Of a stretch of 64,000 nt of DNA, positions 19,115 through 37,433 are shown one piece after another. Every line of letters starts with the position of its first letter. The first letter of the stretch is position 1. The notes beneath the pieces are model-generated. The model made no database searches, was not told the origin of the DNA, and saw only the letters and a program-made list of their open reading frames with translations. The position numbers and the translations under genes were made by a program. Source of the stretch: Enterobacteria phage T6; sequence record MH550421, one strand, 5' to 3'.

Positions 19115-20922
19115 TGAAACAAAATATTAATATCGGTAATGTTGTTGATGATGGTACCGGTGACTACCTGCGTAAAGGTGGTATAAAAATAAATGAAAAC
19201 TTTGATGAGCTTTATTATGAGCTTGGTGATGGAGATGTTCCATATTCAGCCGGTGCCTGGAAAACTTATGATGCTTCAACTGGCCAAACATTAAAAGCTG
19301 AGTGGGGGAAATCATACGCTATTAATACCTCTTCTGGAAGAGTAACTATAAATCTTCCAAAAGGAACTGTCAATGATTACAACAAGGTAATTAGAGCTAG
19401 AGACGTATTTGCTACATGGAACGTCAACCCAGTTACATTAGTAGCTGCTTCCGGCGATACGATTAAAGGGTCTGCAGTACCAGTTGAAATTAATGTTCAA
19501 TTTAGCGATTTAGAGTTAGTTTATTGTGCTCCAGGACGTTGGGAATATGTCAAAAATAAGCAAATTGACAAAATTACCAGTTCAGACATTAGTAATGTAG
19601 CTCGTAAAGAATTTTTAGTCGAAGTCCAAGGACAAACAGACTTTTTAGATGTTTTCCGTGGAACTAGTTATAATGTAAATAACATCAGAGTAAAACATCG
19701 TGGTAACGAATTGTATTACGGCGATGTATTTAGCGAAAACAGCGATTTTGGCTCTCCGGGCGAAAATGAAGGAGAATTAGTTCCTCTTGATGGATTTAAT
19801 ATTCGATTAAGACAGCCTTGTAATATTGGTGATACTGTTCAAATTGAAACATTTATGGATGGCGTATCACAGTGGAGAAGTTCATATACAAGACGTCAAA
19901 TTAGATTGTTAGATTCAAAATTAACGTCAAAGACTTCTTTAGAAGGAAGCATTTACGTTACTGATTTATCAACAATGAAATCAATTCCGTTTTCAGCTTT
20001 TGGATTAATTCCAGGTGAACCTATTAATCCTAATTCTCTTGAGGTACGTTTTAATGGAATTTTACAAGAATTGGCTGGAACAGTTGGAATGCCATTATTT
20101 CATTGCGTTGGTGCCGATTCAGACGATGAAGTAGAATGCTCTGTTTTAGGTGGAACTTGGGAACAGTCTCATACAGACTATTCAGTTGAAACTGATGAAA
20201 ATGGCATACCGGAAACATTGCACTTCGATAGAGTATTTGAGCATGGCGATATTATCAATATCACCTGGTTTAATAATGATTTAGGTACATTATTAACAAA
20301 AGATGAGATTATTGATGAAACTGATAATCTCTATGTATCGCAAGGACCAGGAGTAGATATTTCCGGTGATGTAAATTTAACAGACTTCGATAAAATTGGT
20401 TGGCCAAATGTAGAAGCAGTTCAATCTTATCAACGTGAATTTAATGCTGTTTCAAATATCTTTGATACGATTTATCCTATTGGAACTATATATGAAAACG
20501 CTGTTAATCCAAATAACCCTGTTACATATATGGGATTCGGCTCATGGAAATTATTTGGGCAAGGAAAAGTTTTAGTTGGATGGAATGAAGATATTTCGGA
20601 CCCTAACTTTGCTCTAAATAACAACGATTTAGATTCGGGTGGAAATCCTTCGCACACTGCGGGCGGAACAGGTGGTTCTACTTCTGTTACATTGGAAAAT
20701 GCTAATCTTCCTGCAACTGAGACAGATGAAGAAGTTCTAATAGTTGATGAAAATGGATCAGTCATTGTTGGTGGATGTCAATACGATCCAGATGAATCTG
20801 GTCCAGTTTACACGAAATACCGTGAAGCTAAAGCATCTACTAACTCTACTCACACTCCGCCAACATCAATAACTAACATTCAACCGTATATTACAGTTTA
20901 TCGTTGGATAAGGATTGCATAA
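19114..20922 (+). CDS. 10: gp10 baseplate wedge / short tail fibre attachment
   Basis: 602 aa; synteny. Confidence 0.9.
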   Translation: MKQNINIGNVVDDGTGDYLRKGGIKINENFDELYYELGDGDVPYSAGAWKTYDASTGQTLKAEWGKSYAINTSSGRVTINLPKGTVNDYNKVIRARDVFATWNVNPVTLVAASGDTIKGSAVPVEINVQFSDLELVYCAPGRWEYVKNKQIDKITSSDISNVARKEFLVEVQGQTDFLDVFRGTSYNVNNIRVKHRGNELYYGDVFSENSDFGSPGENEGELVPLDGFNIRLRQPCNIGDTVQIETFMDGVSQWRSSYTRRQIRLLDSKLTSKTSLEGSIYVTDLSTMKSIPFSAFGLIPGEPINPNSLEVRFNGILQELAGTVGMPLFHCVGADSDDEVECSVLGGTWEQSHTDYSVETDENGIPETLHFDRVFEHGDIINITWFNNDLGTLLTKDEIIDETDNLYVSQGPGVDISGDVNLTDFDKIGWPNVEAVQSYQREFNAVSNIFDTIYPIGTIYENAVNPNNPVTYMGFGSWKLFGQGKVLVGWNEDISDPNFALNNNDLDSGGNPSHTAGGTGGSTSVTLENANLPATETDEEVLIVDENGSVIVGGCQYDPDESGPVYTKYREAKASTNSTHTPPTSITNIQPYITVYRWIRIA

Positions 20923-21581
20923 TGAGTTTACTTAATAATAAAGCGGGAGTCATTTCCCGCTTAGCCGATTTTCTTGGTTTTAGACCTAAAACTGGCGACA
21001 TCGATGTAATGAATCGTCAATCAGTTGGGTCAGTGACAATTTCTCAATTAGCTAAAGGATTTTATGAACCAAACGTAGAATCAGCTATTAATGATGTTCA
21101 TAATTTTTCTATAAAAGACGTTGGTACAATTATTACTAATAAAACTGGTGTTTCTCCTGAGGGCGTTTCTCAAACTGATTATTGGGCATTTTCAGGAACT
21201 GTGACAGATGATTCTCTTCCTCCTGGTTCTCCTGTTACTGTATTAGTATTTGGTCTTCCAGTTTCAGCAACAACCGGAATGACGGCAATTGAGTTTGTTG
21301 CAAAAGTTCGTGTTGCCCTTCAAGAAGCTATTGCGTCATTTACTGCTATCAACTCATATAAAGACCATCCAACAGATGGTAGTAAATTAGAAGTTACTTA
21401 TTTAGATAATCAAAAACATGTATTAAGCACATATTCTACATATGGAATAACTATTTCGCAGGAAATTATTTCTGAGTCTAAACCTGGCTATGGTACATGG
21501 AATTTATTAGGCGCACAAACTGTAACTTTAGATAATCAGCAGACTCCTACAGTATTTTATCATTTTGAGAGAACAGCATGA
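20922..21581 (+). CDS. 11: gp11 baseplate wedge / short-fibre attachment (219 aa from ATG at 20922)
   Basis: Starts [17 protein letters not shown]; TAATG overlap with gene 10 stop; track ORF extends upstream. Confidence 0.9.
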   Translation: MSLLNNKAGVISRLADFLGFRPKTGDIDVMNRQSVGSVTISQLAKGFYEPNVESAINDVHNFSIKDVGTIITNKTGVSPEGVSQTDYWAFSGTVTDDSLPPGSPVTVLVFGLPVSATTGMTAIEFVAKVRVALQEAIASFTAINSYKDHPTDGSKLEVTYLDNQKHVLSTYSTYGITISQEIISESKPGYGTWNLLGAQTVTLDNQQTPTVFYHFERTA

Positions 21582-23161
21582 GTAATAATACATATCAACA
21601 CGTTTCTAATGAATCTCGCTATGTAAAATTTGATCCAACTGGTACAAATTTTCCGGCAGAGATTACTGATGTTCAGGCTGCTATAGCAGCCATTTCTCCT
21701 GCTGGTGTAAATGGAGTTCCTGACGCATCATCAACAACAAAGGGAATTTTATTTCTTGCCACTGAACAGGAAGTTATCGACGGAACTGATAATACCAAAG
21801 CAGTTACACCAGCAACGTTGGCAACAAGATTATCTTATCCAAACGCAACTGAAACTGTTTACGGATTAACAAGATATTCAACCAATGATGAAGCAATTGC
21901 CGGAGTTAATAATGAGTCTTCTATAACTCCTGCTAAATTTACTGTTGCCCTTAATAATGCCTTTGAAACTCGTGTTTCAACTGAATCATCAAATGGAGTT
22001 ATTAAAATTTCATCTCTACCGCAAGCATTAGCTGGCGCAGATGATACTACTGCGATGACTCCGTTAAAAACGCAGCAGTTAGCTATTAAATTAATTGCGC
22101 AAATCGCTCCTTCTGAAACCACAGCTACCGAATCGGACCAAGGCGTTGTTCAATTAGCGACAGTAGCTCAAGTTCGTCAAGGAACCTTAAGAGAAGGCTA
22201 TGCAATTTCTCCTTATACGTTAATGAATTCTACTGCTACTGAAGAATATAAAGGCGTAATTAAATTAGGAACACAATCAGAAGTTAACTCGAATAATGCT
22301 TCTGTTGCGGTTACTGGCGCAACTCTTAATGGTCGTGGTTCTACAACGTCAATGAGAGGCGTAGTTAAATTAACTACAACCGCCGGCTCACAGAGTGGAG
22401 GTGATGCTTCATCAGCACTAGCTTGGAATGCTGACGTTATCCACCAAAGAGGTGGTCAAACGATTAATGGAACACTTCGCATTAATAATACGCTCACAAT
22501 AGCTTCAGGCGGAGCAAATATTACCGGAACAGTTAACATGACTGGTGGTTATATTCAAGGTAAGCGTGTTGTAACGCAGAATGAAATAGATAGAACTATT
22601 CCTGTCGGAGCTATTATGATGTGGGCGGCTGATAGCCTTCCTAGTGATGCTTGGCGCTTCTGTCATGGCGGAACTGTTTCAGCATCAGATTGTCCATTAT
22701 ATGCTTCTAGAATTGGAACAAGATACGGCGGAAGTTCATCAAATCCTGGATTACCTGATATGCGTGGCCTTTTTGTTCGCGGCTCTGGTCGTGGCTCTCA
22801 CTTAACAAATCCAAATGTTAATGGTAATGACCAATTTGGTAAGCCTAGATTAGGTGTAGGTTGTACCGGTGGATATGTTGGCGAAGTGCAAAAACAGCAG
22901 ATGTCTTATCATAAACATGCTGGCGGATTTGGTGAGCATGATGATTCTGGAGCATTCGGTAATACCCGTAGATCAAATTTTGTTGGTACACGTAAAGGAC
23001 TTGACTGGGATAACCGTTCATACTTCACCAATGACGGATATGAAATTGACCCAGCATCACAACGAAATTCCAAATATACATTAAATCGTCCTGAATTAAT
23101 TGGAAATGAAACACGTCCATGGAACATTTCTTTAAACTACATAATTAAGGTAAAAGAATGA
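21578..23161 (+). CDS. 12: gp12 short tail fibre
   Basis: 527 aa; synteny. Confidence 0.9.
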   Translation: MSNNTYQHVSNESRYVKFDPTGTNFPAEITDVQAAIAAISPAGVNGVPDASSTTKGILFLATEQEVIDGTDNTKAVTPATLATRLSYPNATETVYGLTRYSTNDEAIAGVNNESSITPAKFTVALNNAFETRVSTESSNGVIKISSLPQALAGADDTTAMTPLKTQQLAIKLIAQIAPSETTATESDQGVVQLATVAQVRQGTLREGYAISPYTLMNSTATEEYKGVIKLGTQSEVNSNNASVAVTGATLNGRGSTTSMRGVVKLTTTAGSQSGGDASSALAWNADVIHQRGGQTINGTLRINNTLTIASGGANITGTVNMTGGYIQGKRVVTQNEIDRTIPVGAIMMWAADSLPSDAWRFCHGGTVSASDCPLYASRIGTRYGGSSSNPGLPDMRGLFVRGSGRGSHLTNPNVNGNDQFGKPRLGVGCTGGYVGEVQKQQMSYHKHAGGFGEHDDSGAFGNTRRSNFVGTRKGLDWDNRSYFTNDGYEIDPASQRNSKYTLNRPELIGNETRPWNISLNYIIKVKE

Positions 23162-24621
23162 CAGATATTGTACTGAATGACTTACCATTCGTTGACGGCC
23201 CTCCTGCAGAGGGCCAGAGCCGCATTTCCTGGATTAAAAACGGCGAAGAAATATTAGGAGCTGACACACAGTATGGAAGTGAAGGTTCAATGAATAGACC
23301 TACAGTTTCTGTACTAAGAAATGTTGAAGTTCTTGATAAAAACATTGGAATACTCAAAACATCTTTAGAATCCGCGAATAGTGATATTAAAACAATTCAG
23401 GGCATCTTAGATGTATCTGGTGATATTGAAGCTTTGGCCCAAATAAGTATCAATAAAAAGGATATTTCTGACCTTAAAACGCTAACCAGTGAACATACAG
23501 AAATATTAAATGGAACTAATAGTACAGTTGACAGCATTCTTGCTGATATTGGTCCATTTAACTCCGAGGCCAACTCTGTATACAGAACGATCAGAAATGA
23601 TTTACTGTGGATAAAGCGTGAACTTGGACAATATACAGGCCAAGATATTAATGGTCTTCCTGTTGTAGGAAATCCTAGCACAGGAATGAAGCATCGCATT
23701 ATTAATAATACTGATGTCATCACTTCACAGGGAATACGTTTAAGCGAATTAGAAACAAAATTTATTGAATCTGATGTAGGTTCTTTAACTATTGAAGTTG
23801 GTAATCTTCGCGAAGAGCTTGGACCTAAACCACCGTCATTTTCACAAAACATCTACAGTCGTTTAAATGAAATTGACACTAAACAGACAACAGTTGAGTC
23901 TGACATTAGTGCTATTAAGACCTCAATAGGATATCCAGGAAATAATTCGATTATTACGAGTGTTAATACAAACACTGATAATATTGCATCTATTAATTTA
24001 GAGCTAAATCAAAGTGGAGGTATTAAACAGCGTTTAACCGTTATTGAAACTTCTATTGGTTCAGATGATATTCCTTCGAGTATTAAAGGCCAAATCAAAG
24101 ATAATACAACTTCAATCGAAGCTCTAAATGGAATCGTCGGTGAAAACACTTCATCTGGTTTAAGAGCGAATGTTTCGTGGTTAAACCAAATTGTTGGAAC
24201 TGATTCTAGCGGTGGACAACCTTCTCCTCCTGGGTCTCTTTTAAACCGAGTTTCTACAATTGAAACTTCTGTTTCAGGTTTGAATAACGATGTTCAAAAC
24301 CTACAAGTAGAGATTGGTAATAACAGCACAGGAATTAAAGGGCAAGTTGTAGCGTTAAATACTTTAGTAAATGGAACTAATCCAAATGGTTCAACTGTTG
24401 AAGAACGTGGATTAACCAATTCAATAAAAGCTAACGAAACCAACATTGCATCAGTTACGCAAGAAGTGAATACAGCTAAAGGCAATATATCTTCTTTACA
24501 AGGCGATGTTCAAGCTCTCCAAGAAGCCGGTTATATTCCTGAAGCTCCAAGAGATGGGCAAGCTTACGTTCGTAAAGACGGCGAATGGGTATTGCTTTCT
24601 ACCTTTTTATCACCAGCATAA
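23158..24621 (+). CDS. wac: fibritin (whisker antigen control)
   Basis: 487 aa; heptad-rich coiled coil; C-terminal [27 protein letters not shown] foldon. Confidence 0.95.
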   Translation: MTDIVLNDLPFVDGPPAEGQSRISWIKNGEEILGADTQYGSEGSMNRPTVSVLRNVEVLDKNIGILKTSLESANSDIKTIQGILDVSGDIEALAQISINKKDISDLKTLTSEHTEILNGTNSTVDSILADIGPFNSEANSVYRTIRNDLLWIKRELGQYTGQDINGLPVVGNPSTGMKHRIINNTDVITSQGIRLSELETKFIESDVGSLTIEVGNLREELGPKPPSFSQNIYSRLNEIDTKQTTVESDISAIKTSIGYPGNNSIITSVNTNTDNIASINLELNQSGGIKQRLTVIETSIGSDDIPSSIKGQIKDNTTSIEALNGIVGENTSSGLRANVSWLNQIVGTDSSGGQPSPPGSLLNRVSTIETSVSGLNNDVQNLQVEIGNNSTGIKGQVVALNTLVNGTNPNGSTVEERGLTNSIKANETNIASVTQEVNTAKGNISSLQGDVQALQEAGYIPEAPRDGQAYVRKDGEWVLLSTFLSPA

Positions 24622-24623
24622 CA

Positions 24624-24641
24624 TGGGGCCGCAAGGCCCCA
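24624..24641 (+). terminator. GNRA-capped stem-loop between wac and 13
   Basis: UGGGGCC-GCAA-GGCCCCA hairpin; weak downstream U-tract. Confidence 0.35.
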
Positions 24642-24652
24642 AAGGATTTTAA

Positions 24653-27163
<2,511 letters not shown>

Positions 27164-27204
27164 TAAATATTATAAACTAATTAAAGCCCAGATTAGGAGA
27201 AATC

Positions 27205-30345
<3,141 letters not shown>

Positions 30346-30373
30346 TATTAAAGCATATTAAAGAGGATTAAAA

Positions 30374-32353
30374 ATGACTTTATTATCTCCGGGCATTGAG
30401 CTCAAAGAAACTACGGTTCAAAGCACCGTGGTTAATAACTCTACTGGTACAGCAGCTTTGGCCGGTAAATTCCAGTGGGGTCCTGCTTTTCAGATTAAAC
30501 AGGTTACAAATGAAGTAGATTTAGTTAATACTTTTGGTCAACCAACCGCTGAAACTGCTGACTATTTTATGTCTGCGATGAATTTCTTGCAGTACGGAAA
30601 TGACTTACGAGTAGTTCGTGCTGTTGATAGAGATACCGCTAAAAACTCATCGCCAATTGCTGGTAATATTGAATACACAATTTCTACCCCAGGTAGTAAC
30701 TATGCGGTTGGAGATAAAATCACGGTCAAATATGTTTCAGATGATATTGAAACTGAAGGTAAAATTACCGAAGTAGATGCTGATGGAAAAATTAAGAAAA
30801 TTAATATTCCTACCGCAAAAATTATCGCTAAAGCGAAAGAAGTCGGTGAATATCCAGCACTAGGTTCTAACTGGACTGCGGAAATTTCTTCGTCTTCCTC
30901 TGGTTTAGCTGCAGTAATAACTCTTGGAAAAATTATTACTGATTCTGGTATTTTATTAGCTGAAATTGAAAATGCTGAAACTGCTATGACAGCGGTTGAC
31001 TTTCAAGCAAATCTCGAAAAATACGGAATTCCAGGAGTAGTAGCTCTTTATCCAGGCGAATTAGGCGATAAAATTGAAATTGAAATCGTATCTAAAGCTG
31101 ACTATGCAAAAGGAGCTTCTGCATTACTCCCAATTTATCCAGGCGGTGGTACTCGTGCATCTACTGCTAAAGCAGTGTTTGGATATGGACCACAAACTGA
31201 TTCACAGTACGCTATTATAGTTCGTCGTAATGATGCTATTGTTCAAAGCGTTGTTCTTTCAACTAAGCGTGGTGAAAAAGATATTTACGATAGTAACATC
31301 TATATCGATGACTTTTTCGCAAAAGGCGGCTCAGAATATATTTTTGCAACTGCACAAAACTGGCCAGAAGGCTTCTCTGGAATTTTAACTCTGTCTGGTG
31401 GATTATCATCAAATGCTGAAGTAACAGCAGGAGATTTGATGGAAGCTTGGGACTTCTTTGCTGACCGTGAATCTGTTGATGTTCAGTTGTTTATTGCGGG
31501 TTCTTGTGCCGGTGAATCTTTAGAAACAGCATCTACTGTCCAAAAACACGTCGTTTCAATTGGGGATGCTCGCCAAGATTGCTTAGTATTGTGCTCACCA
31601 CCGCGTGAAACTGTAGTTGGAATTCCTGTAACTCGTGCAGTAGATAATTTAGTTAACTGGAGAACTGCGGCAGGTTCATACACTGATAATAACTTTAATA
31701 TCAGTTCAACCTATGCAGCAATCGATGGTAACTACAAATATCAGTATGACAAATATAATGATGTGAATCGTTGGGTTCCATTAGCAGCTGATATTGCTGG
31801 TTTATGCGCAAGAACTGATAACGTATCTCAGACTTGGATGTCTCCAGCTGGTTATAATCGTGGTCAGATTCTTAACGTTATTAAACTGGCTATTGAAACT
31901 CGCCAGGCTCAGCGCGACCGTTTATACCAAGAAGCTATCAACCCAGTAACTGGTACAGGTGGTGATGGTTACGTATTGTATGGTGATAAAACAGCTACTT
32001 CTGTTCCTTCTCCGTTTGATCGTATTAACGTTCGTCGTCTGTTTAATATGTTGAAAACGAATATCGGACGTAGTTCAAAATATCGTTTGTTCGAATTAAA
32101 TAACGCGTTTACTCGTTCATCATTCCGCACAGAAACTGCCCAGTACTTACAGGGAATTAAAGCTCTTGGTGGAATTTATGAATATCGTGTAGTTTGCGAT
32201 ACAACAAATAACACTCCGTCAGTAATTGATAGAAATGAGTTTGTTGCAACATTCTACATCCAACCGGCTCGTAGTATAAATTATATCCAACTTAATTTCG
32301 TCGCAACTGCTACTGGTGCAGATTTTGATGAGTTAACTGGTCTTGCAGGTTAA
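30374..32353 (+). CDS. 18: gp18 tail sheath protein
   Basis: 659 aa; synteny. Confidence 0.95.
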   Translation: MTLLSPGIELKETTVQSTVVNNSTGTAALAGKFQWGPAFQIKQVTNEVDLVNTFGQPTAETADYFMSAMNFLQYGNDLRVVRAVDRDTAKNSSPIAGNIEYTISTPGSNYAVGDKITVKYVSDDIETEGKITEVDADGKIKKINIPTAKIIAKAKEVGEYPALGSNWTAEISSSSSGLAAVITLGKIITDSGILLAEIENAETAMTAVDFQANLEKYGIPGVVALYPGELGDKIEIEIVSKADYAKGASALLPIYPGGGTRASTAKAVFGYGPQTDSQYAIIVRRNDAIVQSVVLSTKRGEKDIYDSNIYIDDFFAKGGSEYIFATAQNWPEGFSGILTLSGGLSSNAEVTAGDLMEAWDFFADRESVDVQLFIAGSCAGESLETASTVQKHVVSIGDARQDCLVLCSPPRETVVGIPVTRAVDNLVNWRTAAGSYTDNNFNISSTYAAIDGNYKYQYDKYNDVNRWVPLAADIAGLCARTDNVSQTWMSPAGYNRGQILNVIKLAIETRQAQRDRLYQEAINPVTGTGGDGYVLYGDKTATSVPSPFDRINVRRLFNMLKTNIGRSSKYRLFELNNAFTRSSFRTETAQYLQGIKALGGIYEYRVVCDTTNNTPSVIDRNEFVATFYIQPARSINYIQLNFVATATGADFDELTGLAG

Positions 32354-32998
32354 TTGATTATGGGGCTTCGGCCCCTATTCTCGAGGAAACAAGTGATTAT
32401 TTCTAAGTTTGTTACAATAAAACCAAGAAATCATTCAAAAATGTGGTCGACAATTCTGGGATATAAAGTATCATATCATGATACAGTATCTGTTCCAATA
32501 GAATTAATGCCAAAGAATAGTAATAAAATAGTTGACGCTAAATGTGATTTGTGTGGTACTAAATTTAGTAGAAGCATTCAGCTTTTAAATAGAACACCCA
32601 CACATGCATGTAGAAAATGTAGCATTAAACAAGTTGCTATCAAAAATTCGGAAGTTCAATCTGGAATAAGCAGACCATGGCAAAGAGGTGATAAACATCC
32701 TCGATGGACTGGTAAAAGAAAAGAGTTTGCATTATATGCTAGTAGAGTTCATTCTATAACTAAGTCAGCTAAAATAAGAAAAATCTGGTCAAAATGGCCG
32801 AATGCTGATAAAATAGGAGTGTGTGGCGTAGAAGGTGCTTACCAACTCGATCATAAAGTATCTATCAAATATGGATTTGATAATTTAATTCCGCCGGAAA
32901 TTATAGCAAGCGTAAAAAATTTAGAAATAATCACTTGGGAATCTAACCGAGAAAAGTCAAAAAGAAATAGCGTAGATCTTTGGGATTTACTAGAATGA
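32354..32998 (+). CDS. putative HNH / His-Me finger endonuclease inserted between 18 and 19
   Basis: Cys-rich segment CDLCGTKF...HACRKCS; C-terminal YQLDHKVSIKYGFDN...N resembles HNH core; true start may be internal. Confidence 0.55.
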   Translation: MIMGLRPLFSRKQVIISKFVTIKPRNHSKMWSTILGYKVSYHDTVSVPIELMPKNSNKIVDAKCDLCGTKFSRSIQLLNRTPTHACRKCSIKQVAIKNSEVQSGISRPWQRGDKHPRWTGKRKEFALYASRVHSITKSAKIRKIWSKWPNADKIGVCGVEGAYQLDHKVSIKYGFDNLIPPEIIASVKNLEIITWESNREKSKRNSVDLWDLLE

Positions 32999-33024
32999 TT
33001 CTAAAGGCCTGTTTCGGCAGGCCA

Positions 33025-33032
33025 TATAAATA
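33025..33032 (+). promoter_or_regulatory. late promoter TATAAATA
   Basis: Exact TATAAATA just after a GGCCUG/CAGGCC hairpin. Confidence 0.45.
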
Positions 33033-33083
33033 CACTATATCCTTAATTCTTTAATTCTATATGCCCTAGGTTAAACATAGGGA

Positions 33084-33091
33084 TATAAATA
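33084..33091 (+). promoter_or_regulatory. late promoter TATAAATA (gene 19)
   Basis: Exact TATAAATA 14 nt upstream of gene 19 ATG. Confidence 0.55.
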
Positions 33092-33105
33092 CTACAGAGG
33101 CTAAT

Positions 33106-33597
33106 ATGTTTGTAGATGATGTAACACGAGCGTTTGAATCTGGTGATTTTGCTCGACCTAACTTATTCCAAGTAGAAATTTCTTATCTTGGACAAAATTT
33201 TACGTTTCAATGTAAAGCCACTGCTTTACCAGCTGGTATTGTAGAAAAAATTCCAGTCGGATTCATGAACCGTAAAATTAACGTAGCAGGCGATCGTACA
33301 TTCGATGACTGGACTGTTACAGTAATGAACGATGAGGCACATGATGCTCGCCAGAAGTTTGTTGATTGGCAAAGCATTGCTGCTGGGCAAGGGAACGAAA
33401 TTACTGGTGGAAAACCAGCAGAATATAAAAAGAGCGCTGTTGTTCGCCAATATGCTCGTGACGCTAAAACTGTAACAAAAGAAGTCGAAATTAAAGGCCT
33501 GTGGCCTACTAACGTGGGTGAACTTCAATTAGATTGGGATTCAAACAATGAAATCCAAACATTTGAAGTAACTCTTGCTCTCGATTATTGGGAATAA
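33106..33597 (+). CDS. 19: gp19 tail tube protein
   Basis: 163 aa; synteny. Confidence 0.95.
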   Translation: MFVDDVTRAFESGDFARPNLFQVEISYLGQNFTFQCKATALPAGIVEKIPVGFMNRKINVAGDRTFDDWTVTVMNDEAHDARQKFVDWQSIAAGQGNEITGGKPAEYKKSAVVRQYARDAKTVTKEVEIKGLWPTNVGELQLDWDSNNEIQTFEVTLALDYWE

Positions 33598-33629
33598 AAT
33601 GAATGGGGAGAAATCCCCATCCTGCTTAA

Positions 33630-35254
<1,625 letters not shown>

Positions 35255-35255
<1 letters not shown>

Positions 35256-35512
35256 TGGAAGGTTTAATTGAAGCTATTAAATCAAACGACCTCGTAGCCG
35301 CTCGTAAATTCTTTGCTGAAGCCATGGCTGCAAGAACGATTGATTTAATTAAAGAAGAAAAAATCGCTATCGCTCGTAATTTCTTAATCGAAGGTGAAGA
35401 ACCTGATGATGAGGATGATGACGAAGACGAGGATGATGAAGATAGCGATGATAAAGACGACAAAAAAGACAAAGACTCTGACGAAGATGACGAAGACGAG
35501 GATGATGAATAA
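35255..35512 (+). CDS. 67: gp67 prohead core protein with poly-acidic C-terminal tail
   Basis: 85 aa; C-terminal about 40 residues almost entirely D/E. Confidence 0.85.
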
Positions 35513-35937
35513 TGCTTCTGATCCCTGAAACTCATGAATTAGTTCTCGAGAATGTCGAAGCACTTATTCCTGAAGCACAGGGTCGCTTTGACGAATTGTC
35601 TTCTGCTTTAAATAAAGACGATATAAATACAATTGTCGAGAATATGCTTGATGATGAAACTGATTTAGCGATTGCATTAGCTTCTATTAATGAAGATATG
35701 CCGCTAAATGAATTCATCGTTAAACATGTTTCTGCTCGTGGTGAAATTACACGTACTAAAGACCGCAAGACGCGTGAACGTAATGCATTTCAAACCACCG
35801 GGCTGTCTAAAGCAAAACGTAGACAAATTGCTCGCAAAGCTACCAAAACGAAGATTGCCAACCCAGCAGGTCAATCTCGTGCTCAGCGTAAGCGTAAAAA
35901 AGCTCTTAAACGCCGTAAAGCATTAGGATTAAGCTAA
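35512..35937 (+). CDS. 68: gp68 prohead core protein
   Basis: 141 aa; basic C-terminus; ATGA overlaps with 67 and 21. Confidence 0.85.
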   Translation: MLLIPETHELVLENVEALIPEAQGRFDELSSALNKDDINTIVENMLDDETDLAIALASINEDMPLNEFIVKHVSARGEITRTKDRKTRERNAFQTTGLSKAKRRQIARKATKTKIANPAGQSRAQRKRKKALKRRKALGLS

Positions 35938-36575
35938 TGAATGAACCCCAATTACTAATTGAAACTTGGGGTCAACCTGGCGAAATTATTGATGGCGTGC
36001 CAATGCTTGAATCTCATGATGGAAAAGACCTCGGTTTAAAACCTGGTTTATACATCGAAGGAATATTCATGCAAGCGGAAGTCGTCAATAGAAATAAACG
36101 TCTTTATCCAAAACGCATATTAGAAAAAGCGGTAAAAGACTATATCAATGAGCAAGTTTTAACTAAACAAGCTCTCGGAGAATTAAATCATCCTCCACGC
36201 GCTAATGTTGACCCGATGCAAGCCGCTATCATTATAGAAGATATGTGGTGGAAAGGAAATGACGTATACGGACGAGCTCGTGTTATTGAAGGTGACCACG
36301 GTCCTGGAGATAAATTAGCAGCTAATATTCGTGCCGGATGGATTCCAGGAGTTTCTTCTCGTGGATTAGGTTCATTGACTGACACAAATAAAGGTTATCG
36401 TATCGTAAACGAAGGATTCAAATTAACTGTAGGTGTTGATGCAGTATGGGGTCCAAGTGCTCCAGATGCATGGGTAACTCCTAAGGAAATTACCGAATCA
36501 CAGACGGCGGAAGCCGATACAAGTGCCGATGACGCCTATATGGCTCTCGCAGAGGCCATGAAAAAAGCGTTATAA
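35937..36575 (+). CDS. 21: gp21 prohead core scaffold / protease
   Basis: 212 aa; synteny 68-21-22-23. Confidence 0.9.
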   Translation: MNEPQLLIETWGQPGEIIDGVPMLESHDGKDLGLKPGLYIEGIFMQAEVVNRNKRLYPKRILEKAVKDYINEQVLTKQALGELNHPPRANVDPMQAAIIIEDMWWKGNDVYGRARVIEGDHGPGDKLAANIRAGWIPGVSSRGLGSLTDTNKGYRIVNEGFKLTVGVDAVWGPSAPDAWVTPKEITESQTAEADTSADDAYMALAEAMKKAL

Positions 36576-36578
36576 ATA
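36571..36578 (+). promoter_or_regulatory. late promoter TATAAATA (gene 22)
   Basis: Exact TATAAATA 27 nt upstream of gene 22 ATG. Confidence 0.55.
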
Positions 36579-36605
36579 TTATTATCTAAACAACAGGACT
36601 ACAAA

Positions 36606-37415
36606 ATGCTTAAAGAACAACTGATTGCTGAAGCGCAAAAAATTGATGCTTCCGTTGCTCTTGATAGTATTTTCGAATCAGTTAATATTTCTCCGGAAGC
36701 AAAAGAAACTTTCGGCACTGTATTCGAAGCTACCGTCAAGCAGCACGCCGTTAAATTAGCTGAATCTCATATCGCTAAAATTGCTGAAAAAGCAGAAGAA
36801 GAAGTAGAAAAAAATAAAGAAGAAGCCGAAGAAAAAGCTGAGAAGAAAATCGCTGAGCAAGCTTCTAAATTCATTGACCATCTTGCAAAAGAATGGCTCG
36901 CTGAAAATAAATTAGCAGTTGATAAAGGCATCAAAGCCGAACTGTTTGAATCCATGCTTGGTGGATTAAAAGAGCTCTTTGTTGAACACAACGTTGTTGT
37001 TCCAGAAGAATCAGTTGATGTTGTAGCTGAAATGGAAGAAGAGCTGCAAGAACATAAAGAAGAATCAGCTCGTCTGTTCGAAGAACTCAATATGCGCGAC
37101 GCATATATCAATTATGTGCAGCGTGAAGTGGCATTGAGCGAAAGTACTAAAGATCTGACTGAGTCTCAAAAAGAAAAAGTCTCTGCTCTGGTCGAAGGTA
37201 TGGATTATTCAGATGCATTCTCAAGTAAATTGAGTGCAATCGTAGAAATGGTGAAGAAATCTAATAAAGATGAAAGCACTATTACTGAGAGTATAAATAC
37301 TCCTGATACTGAAGCAGCCGGACTGAATTTCGTCACTGAAGCTGTAGAAGATAAAGCTGCACCTGGTGCAGAAGATATTGTAAGTGTATATGCGAAAGTC
37401 GCATCTCGTTTCTAA
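36606..37415 (+). CDS. 22: gp22 prohead core scaffold protein
   Basis: 269 aa; acidic helical protein. Confidence 0.9.
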   Translation: MLKEQLIAEAQKIDASVALDSIFESVNISPEAKETFGTVFEATVKQHAVKLAESHIAKIAEKAEEEVEKNKEEAEEKAEKKIAEQASKFIDHLAKEWLAENKLAVDKGIKAELFESMLGGLKELFVEHNVVVPEESVDVVAEMEEELQEHKEESARLFEELNMRDAYINYVQREVALSESTKDLTESQKEKVSALVEGMDYSDAFSSKLSAIVEMVKKSNKDESTITESINTPDTEAAGLNFVTEAVEDKAAPGAEDIVSVYAKVASRF

Positions 37416-37433
37416 TTTTAAAGGTTAACACAA

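Noticed and set aside
36767-37111. Minus-strand 114-aa Ser-rich ORF inside gene 22
   Set aside because: Antisense to the well-supported scaffold gene 22; composition mirrors the sense-strand Glu/Ala codons.
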